64,000 nt of DNA, taken from NCBI RefSeq assembly GCF_001194135.2, contig NC_068993.1, positions 25,453,258-25,517,257 on the forward strand, given 5' to 3'. Shown in pieces: positions 12,520-25,272 of this stretch (the stretch's first letter is position 1; each line of letters begins with the position of its first letter). The stretch is from Octopus bimaculoides. Taxonomy: Eukaryota. A program made the position numbers and the translations under genes. Under the pieces are notes generated by a model. It saw only the letters and a program-made list of their open reading frames with translations. It ran no database searches and was not told the DNA's origin.

Positions 12520-12905
12520 TGCATGGCTGTGAGGTAAGAAACTTGCTTCCCAACCAGATGGTTCTGGGTTCAATTCCACTGAGTGGCACCTTGGGCAAAT
12601 GTCTTCTACTATAACCTCAGGCCAACCAAAGTCTTGTGAGAGGATTTGGTAGATGGAAACTGAAAGAAGCCCCATCGTATATGTTTGTGTGTGTGTGTCT
12701 TTGTGTTTGTTGCATCATTGCTTGGCAACTGGTGATGGTGTGTTTACATCTCTGTAACTTAACAGTTTGGCAAAGAGACCAATAGGATAAGTACTAGGCT
12801 TAAAAAATAAGTCCTGGGGTTGAATTGTTTGACGAAAACACTTCAAGGTTGTGCTCTAGCATGGCCACAGTCAAATGACTGAAACAAAAGAAAGAATAAA
12901 AGAAT
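12520..12905 (+). mobile_element. Composite tRNA-derived SINE
   Basis: Same family, with head, core and tail present. Further copies at ~1850-2012(-), 6690-6905(-), 7393-7545(-), 24075-24445(-), 31160-31565(+), 31577-32000(+), 48310-48630(-), 50365-50555(+), 51065-51345(+), 51705-52545(-, split). Confidence 0.8.
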
Positions 12906-13721
12906 GCTCAGCATCCAGTAACCTTTGGTGATGGTGAAGCTTGCATATGTCTGTATCAGCACCTATAGTATGCCTAACATACTATACTTGCCACACAGAT
13001 AGTACTGGCAGTTAATGAACCTCACCTGTTCTATGAAACATATTTCTTTCACAAGAAGCTAAAGGTCAGACATTCCAGCCTGAAACCTTGAACAAGGTAT
13101 GGTAGTCAAGCAATAAATGATAATGATAGAGATGATGTGGGCATTTGCCATCTCAATCTGACCTTTCAAAGATAGCTTCCTCTCTGCTCATTTCTGGGTA
13201 AAACTGGCCCACCTGTACATTGCTTCATCCCAGTTCTGATACACCTGGAGATTGGGATCAAATCAAATCCCAAGCAGTTTAAGTGGCTTTTTGGTCTAGT
13301 GTCCCATCATATTTCACAGCATCAACCTGCCTCTCCACTCATCAAGCTGCAAGCCCACCAGCATATCTGGTTGCTTTCTAACCCAGCTACTGCCTCTCAT
13401 TTTTTCAATTATATAGTTTGTCTTTGTCACAGGTTAGTAACCAAATAGCAATTGGCCATGCTATTTAGGAACCAATATATTTTCTACAAAATATCATATT
13501 TCTTGAAAATGTGAATTTTCTGAATTGTTGGAGTGATGAAGAAAATGCTTAAGTTACATGGCACTTTACATTCTGAGTTCAAATCCTGCTAAGTCAACTT
13601 TGTCTTTCATACTTCAGGGATCAATAAAAGAATGTACCAGTCAAATTCGACTCATATACTTGTCCTCCAATTCTGAGGTATATACCTATATTAGAAAACA
13701 GTTTATATAATTTGTACTTAC

Positions 13722-13855
13722 TTTATTACTTTTTATTTTGACAACAGCTACGTTGTCTAAAAATATTGGTATTTCCCAAAAAACTTTGGGATGTTTTCCC
13801 CATGCTACAGTTTGAACAATCTTGGGGCAAGATCTGTAAACTGGAGGCTCTTGAT
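13722..13855 (-). CDS. Exon 11: N-terminal half of HYR domain 2
   Basis: 134 nt, phase 1-0; T-tract+acag / AAA|gtaagt. Reads (D)QEPPVYRSCPKIVQTVAWGKHPKVFWEIPIFLDNVAVVKIKSNK, with the canonical D.EPP....CP and V.W..P...DN motifs. Confidence 0.93.
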
Positions 13856-14840
13856 CTGTAAAAAAAAAAAATCATCAAATTTTCAAACTATTGTGAAATT
13901 TAATGCAATTTGATTTCAATTATAAATCCAAATTCAAGATGATATAAATGGAACCATTGTTCTGGTTATTTCTGGAAAGTATATTTGACCACCAAACTCC
14001 AGAGACACCCACTTGCAACAGCCTGGTTAGGGTAATTAGTTCGCTTCCTCACTTCACTATTTTGTTTCTTGCAAGCCATGTTACTGCCAGGTGAGTTGGT
14101 CAGAAGGAACTAAGTTTTTTAACCATATCACAGAACCAAAGAATTTATGACAGCTACCACATCAAGATTATTATAACATCTAGGACCTATCAATTTAGCA
14201 GTTAGATTGTTATTTTTGGTGGCTAATCCTAAGTCAACCATAACTGTAGAGACCAATGATCAAAGGGATTCCAATTAGGATCAGTGTGTGTCCCTTTTTC
14301 AGGCATAGTGAATCTATAATTAATGTTTCTTCCATTTCCTCTGTCTTTTTAAAGATAGTTGGGACTGATTTGACAATATGGCATGGTAAAACTTGGTAAA
14401 CAACATAAATTGAGAGAATACAAATTCATAAGTCTCCATTTGAGAAGTAAAATTCTTATCAGTTTGGCTGTTACAGCTCTCTTGCTGAATTACTGTGTTA
14501 TGTAGATAATAACAGCAACCAACAGATGAATGAGAGATCAAATCTTACTAGTGGAATTTCATTGTCTGCTTAAGCAGGGACAACGGAATATTATAAAAAT
14601 ATAAAGAAAAGTTGATAAAATTTGAACTTGTAATATGATGAAAATAATGGTAAATATCCAGACTATGGCTAATTCATTGAATTCTGTAAGTTATTAATGT
14701 CCCACTTGACTGTTGATAGTTATTTATATTTAATTTTAATTCACTAAATCTAACAACATAGCCAACATTAACAGATAAGAAGGGTCTTTTTACCAACTCT
14801 ACCTTTTAAAAAAAGAAAACAATTCAATATCAATACATAC

Positions 14841-15083
14841 CAATTGCTTCAATAGTCAGATTGCATTTAACTATATCTCCTGATTTGCTCTTCACATTTA
14901 GATGAAGAACAGTTTTGCCAGCTTGGAACAATACAGTGGATCTTTTAAAGTTTGCCCATGTCTCTTCAACTGTCCAATCGGCTGAATTCTCAATATGTGG
15001 CATAGAAATAGCAATATAACTCTTTTTCTTAGGTAGAACCTCTTGTATGTTGGTTGGACACTGGATACCATTGACAATGGTTA
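14841..15083 (-). CDS. Exon 10: HYR (hyalin repeat)-like domain 1
   Basis: 243 nt open frame, phase 1-1; long pyrimidine tract ending ttttaag / G|gtatgt. Reads (L)TIVNGIQCPTNIQEVLPKKKSYIAISMPHIENSADWTVEETWANFKRSTVLFQAGKTVLHLNVKSKSGDIVKCNLTIEAI, with HYR-like I.CP.NI and F..G.T......G....C...I. Confidence 0.88.
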
Positions 15084-15559
15084 CTTAAAATAGAGAAGAA
15101 ATGAAACATATAAAATTATTTCAAATAAAATGTGCAAAACCTTACTTTTTAGCATGTGTGTTCTAAACTATAAATCTCATTTTTTGTGCCTCCATCTGCA
15201 TTCAGTTTTGACTGGTCTATTTTCAGTCTTAAGATTTCATATTTCTTTTGTCTTATATTTTAGTTTCAAATAAAAGAGAAATGTTCATAGCTACTTAAGG
15301 CATTTTGAGATTGTGAGATATAGTCAGCCTATTAAAATTAAATCTGTTATATTTAGTTTCAATTTTTTGCATGTTAGGTATTAGAGGAAAGGTGCCAAAG
15401 GAAAAGAGTTCAAGAGGATGCAGTTCTTGGGAAAGAAGGGGAAGTGACAGGAAGTAGAACAATGGGAAATGGTATATAACTAAGACTTTAAACCACTGAG
15501 TAACAGCAAGTGGTTGAAGAATATTCATAAATGAGGACTTGCCAATTAAGCAGATGATT

Positions 15560-16786
15560 TTTTTCTTATGCAAGCAAGAATCTCCAACCTGGATTTCAGA
15601 AATAACAACTTCTACCGACTCTGGCTCAAAGTCTCTCTTCCCTATTTTTCAACATCCATCTTCTGGGTCTCACATATCCTAAACTTCCAACAGTTTTTTG
15701 CCCAACTCACTTCCTGCATTGAAAACATTGATCTCACCCTGCCTTTTGAGGACTTCAAGGGATATAGTTTGTCCTGGGCTTTTCACTCATTGCAGAGTGA
15801 AGCTGGTAGTGCAGAAACTAAATCATTTGCTACCTTTAATAAAAAGAAATGTCACTTACAATTCATATGAAACATCTAAGTACATGAGCAAAACTATTCT
15901 TCTATGGAGTCTCACTTCACATACTTCACACAACCAAAGCTCTTAACTCCAAAACCTGCAACTAGCTTATCTTGAGCTGAGACAATATTCTTAGGCTTGC
16001 TTGACCTCCATTAGATCATTCACATCCATATTGAAAGAAGAAAGACATGTTGGACTTTAAAAGATGGGATGGTCATGGGTGGAATCTTTCCATCATGGAT
16101 CTGCTAATTTATGGTTGACCTACAAATGAACAACAACAAGTTTACCTGTATCAGTGCTGCAGCTTTACAGGTAAATATCGTTGTCTACAATAACTAGAAG
16201 TCACTTTCTAGGAGACTTTTACCCATCACTACAGCTCCTACTGAAAAATCAAAGGATTTAGCATGAAATGCAAGTTTTCATGCCTATTAAGAGCCTTTTG
16301 ATCCACAAGAAAATTCCACTCAACCAACTTCACATAATCATCCTTCTTCACCAAGATGACTGTTAGCAGCACATTCACTGAAAAATTTTCCAAACATTTG
16401 CTAAATGTTTCACCTCTAATTGTACACTGCTTGCTCTCAATAAAGTTCCTTTCAAATTCCTCCTCTCCACATCACCATACCATATACAGACAGTTACCAT
16501 GGAGAAAAGGTTTCTAATTGCTTGAAATCAGCAAGGTGACTAGTTATAACGGCTTCTCTTTCATAGCACCTATCCTTGCCAGACTCTTCAGTCTCTCTCT
16601 CTCTCTCCAAGAATGATGCCATTGTGTGTCCCATGCCAAAGAGGGATAACTTCTTTCACCCTGTAAACCACAAACCTATTCATTTCAACATCTCAGGAAC
16701 AGAAACAATTTGGAGCAATTACTTCGTCTGTAATATTATTTCTCTCTCCTCAGCAATCACTGGTATACATACCTTTCATAGGAAAA
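15560..16786 (+). mobile_element. Very old CR1/L2-like LINE remnant, cut by the Gypsy LTR at 16787
   Basis: PILARLFSLSL...AIVCPMPKRDNFFHPVNHKPI resembles the pre-RT P.LA.LF..SL...A.V.PIPKKG...P.NYRPI motif. A similar remnant lies on minus at ~8330-8630 (SIFKKSNLSD). Confidence 0.5.
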
Positions 16787-19700
16787 TGTTATATTGTCAG
16801 GGATGATATATGATGTGTGTGCGTGGTTGTGTAACAATATATCACTACCAAATATAACCGTATAACAATAAGCAATGTAACAAGAGTTGGTTATCTTATT
16901 ATAACAGATCACGCAATAACAATCCAATACTCCAACACAGAATTAATAATGAGACTAATGCTCCCACAGTTCGACTTCAACTACTTCAACTGTTTACTGG
17001 CTCATCAATTTATGAGACTCATCCAGTCTTATTTATTTATTTCTTCTCCACATCTCCCCTTTTAAAGATAAAGAATCAACTCAAAATGGAGTTCAATACT
17101 TCATCCTCTTTGGTTCAACCATTAAAGGATCTGGAAATTTCTTCTTTCTAGTTCTAGAATGGGTGTGTCAGTTTTATCTGGTAATGGTACTTCAAACATA
17201 GTGAACATAAAATCTATCAGTTCTTCAATCCTTTTATTATTATCCTTGGTTTATCTTTTTCTCAACTAGTTTGCCTGTCTTTTGAAATCAAACCCTTGCC
17301 CTTTTGCCTTTTCAACCATATAGGTCATTTTTCCAATTCTATTACAAATAATACTGTCCTCTCATGATTGTTTTTCATATCTGTATGTTTTTAAAAAACA
17401 CTTTCGCCTACTTAAAAAATTTTTTGGCATATCACTTTTGTCATTGTTATTCCAAGTTTTTTTTCTCTGCTTGACAACAGTTTGTTGAATATGGCCTTAA
17501 TCTTTCTTGTGAACATTAATTCAGCTGGGGATTTACCTGATGGTGTCTTTGAGCTTGGAGTAACTCTATATACTCTTAGAAATTTTATTAATGCCAGGTC
17601 ATCAATCCTTCCATTGTTCACTTTTCTTAGTGCCCTCTTGAATATGTCCATGAACTATTCCATCCAAACATTTGACTGTGGGTGATATGGTGACATGGTT
17701 ATATGATCAATTTGGAACATCTGGCAGAAATCTTTGAATTGAGATCCTGTAAACTGTGTCCCATTATCGGACACCATGGTATCTAGTATACTATATCAAG
17801 CAAATATCTCAAGGAGAAAATCAATTATTGCAGAGGACATAGGATGCCTACATTTACATACTTCCAGCCATTTTGCGTAGCTTTCCGCTACTACGAGAAA
17901 ATAATTTCCATATAGTAGGCCTGCAAAGTCTATGTGATGCCTGGATCGCAGTGTCACAGCCTTTGGCCATGGTTGATAACTGACAGTAGGTGATTTCATT
18001 GTCAGAGCAGAGCATTTGCAGGATCTTACAAGATTTTCAATATCTTTATCCATCTTCAGCCAATACACATAGCTTCTCATAAGTGCTGTCATGCATGACA
18101 TTCCTAGATGTCTAATGTGAAAATCTTTTGGATTTCTTTTTTGCAGTGTAAATGGCCCTATAATCCTCTGTGCGTACATTAGATTGTTGTCACATACAGA
18201 ATATGAGTTCAAATTTAAATTTCAGTACGATATGTATTTACTTTATTTTCTTTCAAGGTGACTTTCATTTTATTTATAGTCATCTTTTGGTGCTTTGGCT
18301 TTAATTTCTTCGAAGGTTACAGCCAATTCATTAATCACATTACACAAAATGCTTTTTATCTCTGCTTCAGCTCTTCATGATGCAATTACACTTTCTTCAA
18401 ATGGTTCAAAGTTTTTGTGCTACAGTTTTTGTATTACCATCTTCATACTTATGCAAAATTACCACTCCAATGCCATATCTACTGGCACCCAAAGCTATAT
18501 AATTTCCTTTTTGTGTCCAATTCCATTTCATTTCTTTCATTAGCAGGTAATTTAATGCTGCATGCAAGTTATGAATATTAGGCATGTTAATTTGGTAATA
18601 ATTCACCAAACCCCAAAATGCTTGTTATACCACTACATTCTTTGGTAGGGGCATATTTTTAATTGCTGATGCTCTGGTAGAATCCAAACCCTTTCTGTCT
18701 ATGATTTGCCTCAAATATCTAATTTTAGGCAAAAATAATTCACACTTATCTGAATTCACTTAGTTTTTTTAAATACCTTTTTCACATGTTGTACATGCAG
18801 ACTTCTTGATTCACTCTTAATCAATATGTCATCGAAGATCACCAGTGCAATTTTTAGTTCTTTATGTGTTAATTGTTTGGTATTTGGAGCAATTTAGAAA
18901 ATATCTTGCCACCATTTAATTTCACAAATATGTCCTCCAGAGCAGATAGTGCATAGTTAAACATTTTACGACATTTGTTTAACCCAGTGGAAAAATCAGC
19001 ACACACTCTGATTTTATTATTCTTTTTCTTAACGTACACAGTTGGTGATGCCCATTGAGAATATTCCACTTTCTGGATAACTCCAATTCTTTCTAGTATC
19101 TCTAAGTTTATCTTTTCTAATACTGTGTATTGCGCATTTCCTTTTGGTTTAAAAATTGATACTGCATTCTCTTTTATCGCAAATTTTGCTTTTGTTTTCA
19201 AACATGCACCTAGTTCGTCTGAAAACACTTCTGGGATTACTTTCTTTAATCCTTTTTGCAATTTGTCTGAGTCAGTGTTAGGACTTGTGCCTGTGCCTAT
19301 TACATTTTTGCAATAGTGGTTAATGGATAAATCCCAGAGATCGAATTTCTCCAACCTATTCATTCCAAATAGGTTATTGGTATTATTTAGCACATAAGCC
19401 TTTGCTTTTATTATTTGCTTTGCCTCAGAAAGTCACATTGCAATTTGAATTCACCTCTAAACAATAATTTTCTTCCTGAAACACCTCTTGCAGCTTTTGT
19501 AGTTTTGCTTACTACCGGTTTACCAAACACACTCCATGCTTTATCATTTAATATAGTTATATCACTCCCAGTATCGAGCTGTAATCTGATGTTTGTTCCA
19601 TTTATTTTTATGTTTACAAACTTTCTACGGATTTCATTATCCTTATCATTTTCAGATACACCGAATACATTTCATTATGTTTCCTGTATGCATCATTTTT

Positions 19701-20902
19701 AGATTCTTTCCTTATTTTTGTGCAACAATGAGAATTTGAAAATATGACCTTGAAAACCACACTTGAAATATTTAAGTATTTTAAATGGACAGTCATACTG
19801 GTCATGTATTTGACCGCATCTCATGCACAGATCCACTTTGCACTTTCTAATGTTTTTTTTGGCCTTCTAGCCAGTATATTTGATACATCATGTTCCTGTA
19901 TTCTCTCAATGTCATGTTTAAGCTTTATTATGTTGGCAGTCTTCAGATATTTGTTGAAGAGTAATATCCTGGTTCTGTTCTAGCTAAGTCAATATCCTTG
20001 TGTGAATTTCTGAATCCTGCTGTGTTATTAGTCCTTGAACGAATATCAGGCACTTAAACATATCCATTGTCAGTTCCTTTAATTTGAAGTTTTAACAGTT
20101 CCTTTAATTTGAACTTTTCACACACACACTTTACTATTCTGATATATATATATAATGAAGTCATTCTCTACATTTTCCATCAAATTTAAACAGGACCATC
20201 TCATGTTGAACAAAGATCTTTTTTTTTTCACTAAAAATGTCTGATAGTGTGCTTATTATGTCTTCAAATCATAAATCTCTAGGTTTCGGGGGTACTATGT
20301 AATTAATATACTTTTCAGGTTCCACTTATGCTAATTTTCTTAGCAAAAGTCTAGTCTTCTGGTATTCTTTCCAGTCTGAACATTTGTTCTTGAATATTTC
20401 CTCAAATCAATTACAATAAGCAGCAAATATGACATTTTCATCCAGATTATATCTAAATTCATCGATGGAGCTTGTCAATAAATCTAGTGTAAATGCATTT
20501 GTAGCATTTTTCATTTCCTTGAGGAGAATCTGTAAAACCTTGTATTGCTGCTTTTGCAACTCTATCACAGCTGGTAGTAATTCTTCCATGATAAACAACA
20601 AGATGAATTTTTTGTTCTCATAAACAAAAAATATACAATTGACAATACTTGAATACTTCTCACCACCAACTGTTATATTGTCAGTGACGATATATGATGT
20701 GTGCGTATGCATGACAATACATCACAGTACCAAATATAGCTGTATAATAATAAGCAATGTAACAAGAGTTGGTTATCTTTTTATAACCATTCACACGGTA
20801 ACAATCCAATAGCCCCAATGCAGAATCAATAACAAGACTAATGCTCACACAGTTTGACGTCAACTGTCTATTGGCTCATCCATTTATAAGACTCATCCAG
20901 TC
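16787..20902 (-). mobile_element. Decayed Ty3/Gypsy element (Mag / K02A2.6-like), internally deleted
   Basis: 3' LTR 16787-17052 (TGT...ACA) preceded on minus by PPT aaaaggggaga. 5' LTR remnant 20671-20902 followed by PBS-like TGGTGGTGAG. Fragments: gag (MEELL..IDEFRYNLDENVIFAAY), RT (VEYSQWASPTVYVKKKNNKIRVCADFSTGLN), integrase (HLGM..MRSYVYW..MDKDIENLVRSC; HIDFAG; YRVTP..GKSPAELMF). Many stops and frameshifts. Confidence 0.9.
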
Positions 20903-20954
20903 CACTGACAGTCACGTGCAGGGGTGTCAGTTCACTCTGATAGACTTGCAGGGG

Positions 20955-21180
20955 TGTCAGTTCTATCTGATAAACTTGTAAGACCCCTCTTCCAAAATTC
21001 ACTTGTCTGTGATGAAAAATACTCCTCCAGTACTGTTCTGACCTTGTCAGCAGAATTCATAAATTTCCTGTCCAAATGATTTTGAAGACTGTGGAATATG
21101 ATCAGTAGCTGCCCCAAAATATCATCAAGAAACTACTCCTCCAATGCAGCATAAAGTTTCTAAAACAATATTCAATGCCA
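20955..21180 (-). mobile_element. Mariner transposase C-terminal fragment
   Basis: Reads FHSLQNHLDRKFMNSADKVRTVLEEYFSSQTSEFWKRGLTSLSDR, matching the mariner post-YSPDLAP C-terminus. Confidence 0.75.
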
Positions 21181-21289
21181 CCCAGAGAAAAGACTGACCT
21201 GAAATAAACATAGAGAATAACTTCTCTCTTCCTTACTCAATCATCACATCTATGCACTGATCCTTGTTATTTGTGACTATACCCTTGCA

Positions 21290-22090
21290 CTTAACCGTCT
21301 CTCTCTTGTTCTCTCTTGCATTTTTGCTGTTTCCCACTCTCTCTCTCTCTCTCTCTCTTTCTTTCCTTTGCTCTTCCCTCTGGCTGGGTAGCCATGTGTC
21401 TCTTCTACAACAGCACACCTATTTCTGCCCTCATTCTTGATCACTCTCTCTTCCCTCTTGTTTATCCTTTAACTAGGTAACCAAGTATCTCCTTTATATC
21501 AGTATAACTGTTTCTGTCCTCTTTCTTGTACCTCTCTCTCTCTTTCTCTCACTGGGTAATCATATACCACCTTCATAGCAAGACACCTGTTTCTGTCTCT
21601 CTATTTCTCTGTCACACTTTAACCTTTCATCATTTGACACCAGATCACCTCCTCCAATACCCACTCTGTTATAGCAGGACACCTGTTTCTGCCTCTCTAC
21701 CTCACTCTAACCTTTTATCCTCTGACACAAGCTCCCCTCCTCAAATGCCTCTGCCCCTCTCAAAATTCCTTGTCTTGCGAGTTACTTGGTGACCCTGCCA
21801 GTGTTGGTACCACGTAAAAAGTATTTAGTCCACACTGTAAAGTGGTTGACATTTGGAAGGGCATGTATCTGTAAAAATCATGCCAAAACTAACCTCACCT
21901 GTGCTAGTGCTACATTAGAAGCACTACGTCTACTTTGCTGAGTGATTAGTGTTAGGAAGGGTATCCAACCATAAAAACACTGCTAAAATAGACACAGTAG
22001 CCTGGGGTAGTCTTCTACCTGGTCGGCTCTTGTTAACTGTCCTATCCATGTATGTATGGAAGGCAGACGTTAAACAACAGTGATGATGAA
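21290..22090 (+). mobile_element. RTE-X-type LINE 3' UTR / derived SINE tail
   Basis: TC-rich body with repeated gacacctgtttctg, ending in the ...aggaagggtatcc...aacagtgatgatga tail also seen at 1-186, 41870-42090 and (reversed) 46890-47230. Confidence 0.6.
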
Positions 22091-22118
22091 CCACTCTGTT
22101 ACTGAACATCGACACAAA

Positions 22119-22509
22119 GAATGGTGGTGGAACAACTCCCATCAAAATTTCTACCAAGTGTAAACAAAACAAGCCAGATATAGTTGTTAAAGAGATAAAA
22201 GGAAAACTATGTACCATAATAGAGATCTGCTGCTCTTCTGATGTGAATATCTCTTCAAAAATCAAAGAGAAATAGGATAACTATGGATAACTTCTTTGAA
22301 ACCTTTAGCTTCTATACCCTGCTTATGAATTCACATTTATACCAATAATAATTGATGCACTAGGTTATTTTAGTAAATGTCAAAGTGACAATCTGAAAAA
22401 GCTAGGATTTTCAGAAAAATAAATCAACAAGCTAACATGCATATTGCAAATACAAGCTGTAAGTTGAACAGTAAAAATGTGCAGGACTTTTCTCAAGATC
22501 AAAATATGA
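22119..22509 (+). mobile_element. Decayed R4/Dong (R2-superfamily) non-LTR element, restriction-like endonuclease C-terminus
   Basis: With one frameshift and internal stops it reads WWW..PIKISTKCKQNKPDIVVKE..GKLCTIIEICCSSDVNISSKIKEK..NY..L...YPAYEFTFIPIIIDALG...NLKKLGF...LQIQAVS.TVKMCRTFL*. This is the PD-(D/E)xK-type REL domain. Confidence 0.75.
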
Positions 22510-23641
22510 CATTGTTTTTGTTACAACATTACAATGAAGGAGCTTTGAATCTTTGTTAGAAGCCAGTTCTTTTCTTGCAGGAAGAATTCAAATAATTATG
22601 ACTAGAAGAGAACATACACACATGTGTACATAGATACATACATATATACATAAAAGATACATAAATATATACATAAATGATATATACATAAATGATACAT
22701 AAATATATGTGCGTAAGTACATATGTACATGCGTACGTACGTATGTAAGTACATACATACACACATACATACATACATACATGGTGGATATTAAATGCAG
22801 AATTAATAACAACTCCAATTCCAATATAGTCTTTTTTGCTCATTATACACATAGTGGTTTCATATATACTGTTGCTATTACATACAGGATTAAGAATAAC
22901 CAATGAAGCTTATTATATAATAGCTAATGCACACAGAATAAGTAAAAAGTCCATAGAATAGCAATACACACACACACATGTATATGTACACACATACACA
23001 CACAGACATGCACATATGTATATGCACACACACACACACACACACACAGCAGACAGTATTTACCTAGTTGTCTGTAAAAATAATTTATAGAAAGAGAATA
23101 ATTTTGAAATAACTTGTTCAAAAAAGAGTTTTATAAATGAAATTGTATTCCCAAATGACAATGATGATGATAATTTTTTTTACACAAGTGAACTCTAAAG
23201 ATTTTGTTGAGACTGATATCAAAAATGCATAAGTGAAAATTAGAGAAAAAGTGTCTCCACTATTGCAAGTCAGACACTGCAATGTCTAAATTTCTCAACT
23301 CTGACAGCAATTCTGAAAATAACAGTAATATATAAGAGAATGTTGGTAATTTAAAACTGATTAAATATTTTGAATACCAACATAAATTTGTATAAATGTG
23401 GAGTAACAACTGTATTTTATTTGAACAGAAAATACCATATGATTATTGATTAAGTTTTCTAAACATCAGGAGATCAGTTATGTCCTAGATATGAAAGAGT
23501 TCATATAACAACATGAAATCAATGAAGGAGCAATCACAGATAAGCATACTTGCCCCCATCAACAATATGCAAGTAGTTAGTCAATATTTGTGCTTGAATG
23601 TTATTTGGATGTTAAGAAGTATCAAGTTCTTTGAAATTTAA

Positions 23642-23855
23642 CCCTTTAGCATTTAATCTGACCATATTTGGCCCAAATTTTTTACCTGTTAAAACTCACC
23701 AGATCCAATCCCTCATACCTACCCTACAATGTCATTTTTTTAAATATACACACACACCATCAAAATCTTGAAGCTACAAGATAATGCATGGTTAATTCAA
23801 AACAATGTGAATAAATATGCAATACATTAGACAAAGAAATCTGAATGCTAAAGTG
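23642..23855. mobile_element. piggyBac-type MITE
   Basis: TTAA at 23638-23641 and 23856-23859; ccctttagcatt / aatgctaaagtg inverted ends. Confidence 0.75.
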
Positions 23856-24270
23856 TTAAGCATCTCTAAGAGTGGCTATTGAGAAGAGCAGACAAAGTTG
23901 AATGAAATTAAGCTTAAGACATTGCGGTTTGGAAATAAGTGGAAAATAAGATGCAGTTTGAAGCTGACCTGAGTAGAAGGTTTAAAAAAGCTCATTCATT
24001 CATTCATTCATTCAAACAGACATACATACATATGTACATACACACATATATGTGAATAACGTATATGAATTTTTTAATCTTTTACATGTTCGAGTCAATA
24101 GACTGAGACCATGTTAGGGCAACACCTTGAAGAATTTTAGTCATACAAATCGACCTCAGTACTTATTCTATCAGGCTCTTTTGCTGAACTGCTAAGTTAC
24201 ATGGATAAAAACTAAGCAACACCAGTTGTCAAGCAGTACTGGGGGATAAACACAGACACAAAGATGCATG

Positions 24271-24301
<31 letters not shown>

Positions 24302-25052
24302 AATAGGCTTCTTGCAGTTTCTCTACCAAATCCACTCAGAAGTGCTTGGTTAACCTGAAGCTATAGCAGAAGGTGAAAGGAAGTAGGACTAAACCCAAAA
24401 TAATGTGGTTGGGAAGTAAACTTATGACCACACTCAAATATGTGTGTGTATCTATACTATAATGGAGAAAGCTGCTTATTAATTAAGTATGTAACAATTA
24501 CTAAAAGAACTAAAAGAAAGCAATTATTAAAGGGTTGACCGTCTGGAAATATTTTTATAAATTCATGTTCTAAGAAATTTCCTATAATTTTGATTTCTCA
24601 AGTTTATTGAATTTTTTAAACCCAAATTTCTCACAATTTTAAATATTCATTGCATTCACTGTAGAGTATTCCATTTTCATTTGCAAAGTCTCTCGCTTTC
24701 TCTTTTAAGTTTTAATTTGCTATTTGGAAAACCAGTAGTTCATTCTGTTAATGTATACGGAATGTCAAAACATTATTGAATGAAAATTTTTTTAAATACC
24801 CATATAATTTTTGAACACAGAATAGTTGTGAGAAGAGCCTAGAAGGGTGTGTAATTACTATTAAAAAACGAGAAGGAAAAAAGTTACCGACAAGTACTCA
24901 AAGCTTGCACTTGAATGTGTGTGTGTGTGCTCACTGACAAAACTTTGTTCTGCATCACTTTTGTGAAGTTTTGTCAGTGAACAGGTTACGGTTTCAAAGC
25001 GATGAAAATATTTTGACATAAAAGTAATTTTAATGTTACAGTGAAACTGGTT

Positions 25053-25272
25053 ATACTTAAATACAGAGGTCTCTTAACTGTACTACTTAAATGCAGAGGT
25101 ACTACTTAAATATAGGTGTTATGTACAAAACATTTTAAATGTACACTGTGTGGACATGTAATGACATCCTAACCCTAACTAACCCTAAAACTAACCCTAA
25201 CCCTAAAAACTAACCCACTCCTTTATATCATTATGTAGATGAATCGGGACCTCTGTATTTAAGTAGTGCTGT
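25053..25272. mobile_element. Short MITE-like element containing degenerate (TAACCC)n repeats
   Basis: The right end gacctctgtatttaagtagtgctgt is the reverse complement of a motif present as three degenerate tandem copies at 25053-25117. cctaaccctaa repeats lie at 25168-25216. Confidence 0.65.

Noticed and set aside
14320-14541. Possible extra exon between HYR-1 and HYR-2
   Set aside because: No domain motif or good splice pair, and HYR-1 already joins exon 11 to give the canonical I-D-QEPP junction.
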